Positions 1 through 9,600 of a stretch of 64,000 bases of DNA are shown one piece after another. The stretch is taken from the NCBI GenBank assembly GCA_030390025.1, contig JASTWF010000034.1, positions 5,456,001 through 5,520,000 on the forward strand, in the 5' to 3' direction. The DNA is from Squalus acanthias. Its lineage: Eukaryota. A program made the translations under genes and the position numbers. Each line of letters opens with the position of its first letter. The first letter of the stretch is position 1. The notes beneath the pieces are model-generated. The model made no database searches and was not told the DNA's origin. It saw nothing but the letters and a program-made list of their open reading frames with translations.

Positions 1-1229
1 TGTGTGGAAGTCTGAATGGGCGCCTGTTCTCTGATCTAACAGTGTGTTTGTGGGAGTCTGAATGAGTTCCTGGTCTCTGATCTAACAGTGCGTGTGTTGG
101 AGTCTGAATGGGCTCCTGGTCTCTGATCTAACAGTGTCTTTGTGGGAGTCTGAATGGGCTCCTGGTCTCTGATTTAACAGTGGGTGTGTGGGAGTCTGAA
201 TTAGCTCCTGATCTCTGTTCTAACATTGTGTGTGTGGGAGTCTGAATTAGCTCATGGTCTCTGATCTAACAGAGTGTGTGTGGGAATCTGAATGGGCTCC
301 TGGTCTCTGATCTAACAGTGTGTTTGTGGGAGTCTGAATGAGCTCCTTTTCTCTCATCTAACAGTATGTGTGTGGGAGTCTGAATGTGCTCCTGGTCTCT
401 GATCTAACAGTGTGTGTCTGGGAGTCTGAATAAACTCCTGGTCTCTGATCTAACACTGTGTGTGATAGTCTGAATTAACTCCTGGTCTCTGATCTATCAA
501 TGACTGTGTGGGTGTCTGAATGAGCTCTTGGTCTCTGATCTAACAGTGTATGTGGCTGCCTGAATGAGCTCCTGGTCTCTGATCTAACATTGATCGCGTA
601 GGAGTCTGAATGAGCTCCTGGTCTCTGATCTAACACTGATCGCGTAGGAGTCTGAATGAGCTCCTGGTCTCTGATTTAACAGTGTGTGTGTGGGAGACTG
701 CATGGGCTCCTGGTGTCTGATCTAACAGTGTGTGTGTGTGGGAGTCTGAAATGGCTCCGGGTCTCTGATCCAACAGTAGGTGCGTTGAAGTCTGAATGAG
801 CTCCTGGTGTCTGATCTAACAGTGTCTGGGAATCTGAGTGAGCTCCTGGTCTCTGATCTAACAGTGTGTGTGTGGGAGTCGGAATGAGCTCCTGGTCTCT
901 GATCTAACAGTGTGTGTCTGGGAGTCTGAATGAACTCCTGGTCTCTGATCTAACAGTATGTGTGATAGTCTGAATGAGCTCCTGGTCTCTGATCTAACAA
1001 TGTGTGTCTGGGAGTCTGAATGAACTCCTGGTCTCTGATCTAACAGTATGTGTGAGAGTCTGAAGGAGCTCCTAGTTTCTGATCTGACAGTGTGTATGTG
1101 GGTGTCTGAATGAACCCCTGGTCTCTGATCTAACAGTATGTGTGTGGGAGTCTGAATGGGCTCCTTGTCTCTGATCTAACAGTGTGTGTGTCGGAGACTG
1201 ATTGGGCTCCTGGTCTCTGATCTAACAGT

Positions 1230-2320
1230 CCCCGGGGTGTGTCCGATCTTGGACTCGGGCGTTTGGCCAGTCCCCGGGTCTGTGTCCGATCATGGCCTCC
1301 GGCGTTTGACCAGTCCCCGGGGTGTTTCCGATCATGGACTCGTGCGTTTTACCAGTCCCCGGGGTGTGTCCGATCATGGCCTCCGGCGTTTGACAAGTCC
1401 CCGGGGTGTGTCGGATCATGGACTCGGGCGTTTGACCAGTGTCCGGAGCTGTGTCCGATCATTGACTCGGGCGTTTCACCATACCCGGGGTGCATCCAAT
1501 CATGGACTCGGCTGTTTGACCAGTCCCCAGAGTGTCTCCGATCATGGAGTCCGGCGTTTGACCAGTCCCCTGTGTGTCTGATCATGGACTCGGGCGTTTG
1601 ACCAGTCCCCTGTGTGTCTGATCATGGACTCGGGCGTTTGACCAGTCCCCTGTGTGTCTGATCATGGACTCGGGCGTTTGCCCAGTCCCCTGTGTGTCCG
1701 ATCATGGACTCGGGCGTTTGACCAGTCCCCAGGATGTGTCTGATCATGGACTCAGCCGTTTGACTTGTCCCAGTGATGTGTCTGATCACGGAGCCGTGGG
1801 TTTGACCGGTCGTGCTGGTGTGTCCATTCACAGACCCGGGGTTTGACCAGTCCCGGGAGTTTGACCTGTCTCGGGGTTGTGTCCGATTACGGACACGGGT
1901 GTTTGAGCGGTCCCAGTGTATTTGTCCGGTCGCAGGACCTGGGTGTTGGACCGGTCCGAGGAGTGTGTCCGATCATGGTACCAGTGGCTGACCAGGCCCG
2001 CGGGTTAAACTGGTCCCGGTGGTTTGACCGTTTCCGCGGTGTGTCCGTTCAAGGAACCGGTGGTTTAACTGGATCCAGGGGTGTTTTCGATCATGGACCC
2101 AGGAGTTTGAACAGTCCTGGGGGTTTGACCAGTCACAGGAGTTTCAACGCTCCCAGGGGTGTGTCTGATCACAGACCCGCAGGTTTGACCGGTCCCAGGA
2201 ACGGGTCTGATTAGCGACATGCAGGTTTGACCAGTCCCGGGGGTTTGGCGTATACCAGGGTTCTAAGCAGTCCCAGGGATGTGACCGATCACAGACCCGG
2301 GGGCTTGAACGGTTCCAGGT
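1230..2320 (+). repeat. Satellite B block 1: CpG-rich 40/42-bp minisatellite that degenerates rightwards
   Basis: Units GATCATGGACTCGGGCGTTTGACCAGTCCCCTGTGTGTCT (40 bp, exact repeats around 1560-1720) and a 42-bp variant with CCCCGGGGTGTGTCC (1230-1550). Degenerate units from ~1780 to 2320. Satellite A resumes at (T)GATTAAATTGTGTG. Confidence 0.93.
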
Positions 2321-3618
2321 GATTAAATTGTGTGTGTAGGAGTCTGAATGTGCTCCTGCTCTCTGATTTAACAGTGTGTGTGTGGAAGTCTGAATGGGCG
2401 CCTGTTCTCTGATCTAACAGTGTGTTTGTGGGAGTCTGAATGAGTTCCTGGTCTCTGATCTAACAGTGCGTGTGTTGGAGTCTGAATGGGCTCCTGGTCT
2501 CTGATCTAACAGTGTCTTTGTGGGAGTCTGAATGGGCTCCTGGTCTCTGATTTAACAGTGGTTGTGTGGGAGTCTGAATTAACTCCTGATCTCTGTTCTA
2601 ACATTGTGTGTGTGGGAGTCTGAATTAGCTCATGGTCTCTGATCTAACAGAGTGTGTGTGGGAATCTGAATGGGCTCCTGGTCTCTGATCTAACAGTGTG
2701 TGTGTGGGAGTCCGAATGGGGTCCTGGTCTCTGATCTAACAATGTGTACGTGGGAGTCTGAATGTGCTCCTGGTCTCATATATCACAGGTTGTGTGTGGG
2801 AGTCTGATGGGGTCCTGGTCTCTGATCTAACAGTGTGTGTGTGGCAGTCTGAATAATCTCCTGCTCTGTGATCTAACAGTTTGTGTGTTGCGTCCTGACA
2901 GGGCTCCTGGTAACTCATTTAACAGTGTATGAGTGGGAGTCTGATTGAGCTCCTGATCCCTGATCTAGCAGTGTGTATGTGGGAGTCTGAATGAGCTCCT
3001 GGTCTCAGATCTAAGAGTCTGTGTGTGGGAGTCTGAATGAGCTCCTCGTCTATTTTCTAAACGTATTTCTGGGATTCTGAATGGCCTCCTGCTCTCAGAT
3101 CTAACACTGTCTGTGTGCTGCTCTGAAGGAGCTCCCGGCCACTGATCTGACAGAGTTTGTGTGGGAGTCTGAATGAGCTCCTCGTCTATTTTCTAAACGT
3201 ATTTCTGGGATTCTGAATGAGCTCCTGGTCTCAAATCTAACAGTGTGTATGTAGGAGGCTGAAGGGGGTCCCGGTCTCTGATCTAACAGTGCGTGTGTGG
3301 GAGTCTGAATGAGCTTCTGGCCTCTGATCTAACACTGTGTATGTGGGAGTCTGAATGGGCTCCTGGTCTCTGATCTAACAATGTGTGTGTGGGAGTCTGA
3401 ATGGGCTCCTGGTCTCTGTTGTAAGAGAGTGTGTGTGGGAGTCCGAATGAGCTCCTGGCCTCTGATCTAACAGTGTGTGTGTGGGAGTCTGAATGGGCTC
3501 CCGGTCTCTGATCTTACGGTGTGTGTGTGGGAGTCTGAATGGGCTCCTGGTCTCTGATCTAACAGTGTGTGTGTGGGGGTCTGATGGGCTCCTGGTCTCT
3601 GATCTAACAGTGTGTATG

Positions 3619-6600
3619 TGGGAGTCTGAATGAGCTCCTGGTCTCTGATATCACAGATTGTGTGTCGGAGTCCGAATGGGCTCCTGGTCTCTGATCTAAC
3701 AATGTGTGTGTATGGGAGACTGAATGGTCTCATGATCTCTGATCTAACAGTGTGTGTGGGAATCTGAATGGGCTCCTGGTCTCTGATCGAACAGTGTGTG
3801 TGTCGGTGTCTGAATGGGCTCCTGGTCTCTGATCTCACAGTGTCTGTGCGGGAGCCTGAATGGGCTCATGGTCTCTGATCTAACAGTGTGAATGTGGGAG
3901 TCTGAATGGGCTCTTGCTCTCTGATCTAACAGTGAGTGTTTGGGAGACCGAAAGGGCTCCTGGTCTCTGATCTAACAATGTGTGTGTGGGAGTCTGAAAC
4001 AGCTCCTGGTCTCTGATCTAACAGTGTCTGAGTGGGAGTCTGAATGGGCTCCTGGTATCTGATCTAACAGAGTGTGATGGGAGCCTGAATGTGCTCCTGG
4101 TCTCTGATCAAACAGTGTCTGAGTGGGAGTCTGAATGTGCTTCTGGTCTCTGATCTAACAGAGTGTGATGGGAGCCTGAATGTGCTCCTGGTCTCTGATC
4201 AAACAGTCTCTGTGTGCAAATCTGAATGAGCTCCTTGTCTCTGACCTCACAGAGTTTGTGTTGGAGTCTGAATGGGCTCCTGGTCTCTAAACTAACTGTG
4301 TGTGTGAGGGAGTCTGAATGAGCTCCAGGCCTCTGATCTAACAGTGTGTGTGGGAGTCTGAAGGCGCTCCTGGTCTCTGATCTAACAGTGCGTGTGTGTG
4401 AGTTTGAATGGGCTCCTGGTCTCTGATGTATCAGTGTGTGTTTGGGAGTCCGAATGTGCTCCTTGTCTCTGATCGAAAAATGTGTGTGTGGGAGTCTGAA
4501 TGGACTCTTGCTCTCTGATGTAAGAGAGTGTGTGTGGGGTCTGAATGGGCTCCTGGTCTCTGATATCACAGTTCGTGTGTGGGAGTCTGAATGAGCTCCT
4601 GGTCTCTGATGTAACAGTTTGTGCGTGGGAGTCTGATGGGGTCCTGGTCTCTGATCTAACAGTGTGTGTGATGGGAGTCTGACTGTGCTCCTGGTCTCTG
4701 ATCAAGCAGTCTATGTTCGCAAATCTGAATGAGCTCCTTGTCTCTGATCTTACAGAGTGTGTGTTGGAGACTGAATGTGCTCCTGGTCTCTAAAGTAACT
4801 GTTTTGTGGGTGTCTGAATGGGTTCCTGGTCTCTGATCTAACATTGTGTGTGTGAAAGTCTGAATGGGCTCCTGATCTCTGATCTAGCAGTGTGTGTGTG
4901 GGTGTCTCAATGAGCTCCTGGTCACTGATCAAACAGTGTGTGAGCGGGAGTCTGATTGGGCTCCTGGTCTCTGATCTAACAGTGTGTGTGTAGGAGTCTG
5001 AATGTGCTCCTGGTCTCTGATCTAATATTGTATGACCGGGAGTCTGATTGGGCTTCTGGTCTCTGATCCAAAAGTGTGTGGCTGGGAGTATGAATGTGTT
5101 ACTGGTCCCACATCTAACAGTATGTGTGTGGGAGTCTGAATGGGCTCCTGGTGTCTGATCTATCCTGTGTGTGTATGGCAGTCTGAATTGGCTCCGGGTC
5201 TCTGATCCAACAGTAGGTGCGTGGAAGTCTGAATGAGCTCCTGGTGTCTGATCTAACAATGTGTGACTGTGAGTCTGATTGGGCTCCTGGTCTCTGATCA
5301 AACATTGTGTGTCTGGGAGTCTGAATGAGCTCCTGGTTTCTGATCTGACTGTGTATGCCTGGGAGTATGAATGAGCTCATGGTCTCTGATCTGACAATGT
5401 GTGTATGCGAGTCTGAATTAGCTCCTGGTCACTGAACTAAGATTGTGTTTGTGGGAGTCTGAATGAGATCCTGGTCTCTGATCGAACAGTATGTCGGTGT
5501 AAGTCTGAATGGACTCATGGTCTCTGATCGAACAGAGTGTGTGTGGGTGTATGAATGAGCTCCTGGCCTCCGATCAAACAGAGTGTGCGTGGGAGTCTGA
5601 ATGTGCTCCTGGTCTCTGATCTAACAGTGTGTCTGTGGGTGTCTCAATGAGCTCCTGGTCAATAATCAAACAGTGTGTGTGTGGGTGTCTGAATGTGTTC
5701 CTGGTCTCTGATCTAACAGTGTGTGTGTGAGAGTCTGAATGAGCTTCTGGTCTCTGATCTAACAGCGTGTGTGTGTGGGAGTCCGAATGAGCTCCTGGTC
5801 TCTGATCTAACAGTGTGTGTGTGGGACTCTGTATGGGTTCCTGGTCTCCGATTTAACAGTATGTGTTTGGGAGTCTGTATGGGTTCCTGGTCCCTGATTT
5901 AACAGTATGTGTGTGGGCGTCTGAATGGGCTCCTGGTCTCTGATCTAACAGTGTGTGCCTGGGAGTCTGAATGAAATCCTGGGCTCTGATCTAACAGTGT
6001 GTGTGATAGTCTGAATGAGCTCCTGGTCTCTGATCTAACAATGGTTGTCTGGGTGTTTGAATGAGCTCTTGGTCTCTGATCTAACACTCTATGTGAGAAT
6101 CTGAATGAGCTCCTGGTCTCTGATCTGACAGTGTGTATGTGGGAGACTGATTGGGCTCCTGGTCTCTGATCTAACAGTGTGTGTGGGTGTTTGAATGGGC
6201 TCCTGGTCTCTGATCTAACATTGTGTGAGCGGGAGTCTGATTGGGCTCCTGGTCTCTGATCTAACAGTGTGTGTGTAGGAGTCTGAATGGGCTCCTGTTC
6301 TCTGATCTAATATTGTATGACCGGGAGTCTGATTGGGCTCCTGGTCTCTGATCCAAAGGTGTGTGGCTGGGAGTATGAATGTGTTACTGGTCCCAGATCT
6401 AACAGTATGTGTGTGGGAGTCTGAATGGGCTCCTGGTGTCTGATCTATTCTGTGTGTGTATGGGAGTCTGAATTGGCTCCGGGTCTCTGATCCAACAGTA
6501 GGTGCGTTGAAGTCTGAATGAGCTCCTGGTGTCTGATCTAACATTGTGTGACTGTGAGTCTGATTGGGCTCCTGGTCTTTGATCAAACATTGTGTGTCTC

Positions 6601-9600
6601 GGAGACTGAATGAGCTCCTGGTCTCTGATCAAACATTGTGTGAGTGGGAGTCTGAATGAGCTCCTGGTTTCTGATCTAACAGTGTATGACTGGGAGTATG
6701 AATGAGCTCATGGTCTCTGATCTGACAATGTGTGTGTGCGAGTCTGAATTAGCTCCTGGTCACTGAACTAAGATTGTGTTTGTGGGAGTCTGAATGAGAT
6801 CCTGGTCTCTGATCTAACAGTGTGTCGGTGTAAGTCTGAATGTGCTCCTGGTCTCTGATCGAACAGTGTGTGTGTGGGTGTCTGAATGGGCTCATGGTCT
6901 CTGATCGAACAGAGTGTGTGTGGGTGTATGAATGAGCTCCTGGCCTCTGATCAAACAGCGTGTGCGTGGGAGTCTGAATGTGCTCCTGGTCTCTGATCAA
7001 ACATTGTGTGTCTCGGAGACTGAATGAGCTCCTGGTCTCTGATCAAACATTGTGTGAGTGGGAGTCTGAATGAGCTCCTGGTTTCTGATCTAACAGTGTG
7101 TGTGGGAGTTTGAATGTGCTTTGGTCTCTGACCTGACAATGTATGTTAGGGAGTCTGCATGGTCACTTGGTCTCTGATCTAACAGTGTGTGTGGGAGTCT
7201 GAATGGGCTACTGGTCCATGATCTAACATTGTGTGAGTGGGAGTCTGACATGAGCTCCTGGTCACTGAACTAAGATTGTGTTTGTGGGAGTCTGACTGAG
7301 ATCCTGGTCCGTGATCTAACAGTGTGTCCATGTAAGTCTGAATGTGCTCCTGGTCTCTGATCGAACAGTGTGTGTGTGGGTGTCTGAATGGGCTCATGGT
7401 CCCTGATCGAACAGAGTGTGTGCGGGTGTATGAATGAGCTCCTGGTCTCTGATCGAACAGAGTGTTTGCGGGTGTATGAATGAGCTCCTGGTCTCTGATC
7501 GAACAGTGTGTGTGTGGGAGTTTGATTGGGCTAATGGTCTCTGATCGAACAGAGTGTGTCTGGGTGTCTCAATGAGCTCCTGGTCACTGATCAAACAGTG
7601 TGTGTGTGGGAGTCTGAATGTGCTCCTGGTCTCTGATCTAACAGTGTGTGTGGGAGTTTGAATGGGCTCCTGGTCTCTGATCAAACAGTGTGTGTGTGGG
7701 AGTCTGAATGTGCTCCTGGTTTCTGATCTAACAGTGTGTGTGGGAGTGTAAATGTGCTTTGGTCTCTGATCTGACAATGTATGTTTGGGAGTCTGCATGG
7801 TCACTTGGTCTCTGATCTAACAGTGTGTGTGGGAGTCTGAATTAGCTCCTGGTCACTGAACTAAGATTGTGTTTGTGGGAGTCTGAATGAGCTCCTGGTC
7901 TCTGATCGAACAGTGTGTGTGTCGGAGTCTGAATGGTCTCCTGGTACCTGATCCAACAGTGTGTGTATGGAAGTCTGAATGAGCTCCTGATCTCTGATCT
8001 AACAGTGTGTGTGTGTGGGAGTCAGAATGAGCTCCTGGTCTCTGATCTAACAGTGTGTGTGTGGGACTCTGTATGTGTTCCTGGTCTCCGATCTAACAGT
8101 ATGTGTTTGGGAGTCTGAATGAGCTCCTGGTCTCTGATATCACAGATTGTGTGTCGGAGTCCGAATGGGCTCCTGGTCTCTGATCTAACAATGTGTGTGT
8201 ATGGGAGACTGAATGGTCTCATGATCTCTGATCTAACAGTGTGTGTGGGAATCTGAATGGGCTCCTGGTCTCTGATCGAACAGTGTGTGTGTCGGTGTCT
8301 GAATGGGCTCCTGGTCTCTGATCTCACAGTGTCTGTGCGGGAGCCTGAATGGGCTCATGGTCTCTGATCTAACAGTGTGAATGTGGGAGTCTGAATGGGC
8401 TCTTGCTCTCTGATCTAACAGTGAGTGTTTGGGAGACCGAAAGGGCTCCTGGTCTCTGATCTAACAATGTGTATGTGGGAGTCTGAAACAGCTCCTGGTC
8501 TCTGATCTAACAGTGTCTGAGTGGGAGTCTGAATGGGCTCCTGGTATCTGATCTAACAGAGTGTGATGGGAGCCTGAATGTGCTCCTGGTCTCTGATCAA
8601 ACAGTGTCTGAGTGGGAGTCTGAATGTGCTTCTGGTCTCTGATCTAACAGAGTGTGATGGGAGCCTGAATGTGCTCCTGGTCTCTGATCAAACAGTCTCT
8701 GTGTGCAAATCTGAATGAGCTCCTTGTCTCTGACCTCACAGAGTGTGTGTTGGAGTCTGAATGGGCTCCTGGTCTCTAAACTAACTGTGTGTGTGCGGGA
8801 GTCTGAATGAGCTCCAGGCCTCTGATCTAACAGTGTGTGTGGGAGTCTGAAGGCGCTCCTGGTCTCTGATCTAACAGTGCGTGTGTGTGAGTTTGAATGG
8901 GCTCCTGGTCTCTGATGTATCAGTGTGTGTTTGGGAGTCCGAATGTGCTCCTTGTCTCTGATCGAAAAATGTGTGTGTGGGAGTCTGAATGGACTCTTGC
9001 TCTCTGATGTAAGAGAGTGTGTGTGGGGTCTGAATGGGCTCCTGGTCTCTGATATCACAGTTCGTGTGTGGGAGTCTGAATGAGCTCCTGGTCTCTGATG
9101 TAACAGTTTGTGCGTGGGAGTCTGATGGGGTCCTGGTCTCTGATCTAACAGTGTGTGTGATGGGAGTCTGACTGTGCTCCTGGTCTCTGATCAAGCAGTC
9201 TATGTTCGCAAATCTGAATGAGCTCCTTGTCTCTGATCTTACAGAGTGTGTGTTGGAGACTGAATGTGCTCCTGGTCTCTAAAGTAACTGTTTTGTGGGT
9301 GTCTGAATGGGTTCCTGGTCTCTGATCTAACATTGTGTGTGTGAAAGTCTGAATGGGCTCCTGATCTCTGATCTAGCAGTGTGTGTGTGGGTGTCTCAAT
9401 GAGCTCCTGGTCACTGATCAAACAGTGTGTGAGCGGGAGTCTGATTGGGCTCCTGGTCTCTGATCTAACAGTGTGTGTGTAGGAGTCTGAATGTGCTCCT
9501 GGTCTCTGATCTAATATTGTATGACCGGGAGTCTGATTGGGCTTCTGGTCTCTGATCCAAAAGTGTGTGGCTGGGAGTATGAATGTGTTACTGGTCCCAC

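Noticed and set aside
1..1229. Possible 23-bp dimer origin of the 46-bp monomer (TCTGA occurs twice)
   Set aside because: The two TCTGA are 27 and 19 bp apart, and the flanks do not align convincingly.
1186..2214. ORFs with 14-aa repeats (SDHGLRRLTSPRGV) in B blocks
   Set aside because: These follow from the 42-bp unit being a multiple of 3. Several overlapping frames on both strands are open, and the frame breaks at the 40-bp units.
3048..3060. CTATTTTCTA in an aberrant monomer matches the start of the LINE tail
   Set aside because: Only 10 bp of low-complexity match, in register with a mutated GTCTCTGATCTAA. Chance is sufficient.
3836..3842. CACAGTG / CACTGTG variants resembling V(D)J recombination signal heptamers
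   Set aside because: They are one-base variants of the monomer's AACAGTG. At the site checked no ACAAAAACC-like nonamer follows at 12 or 23 bp, and no V, D or J segments are present.
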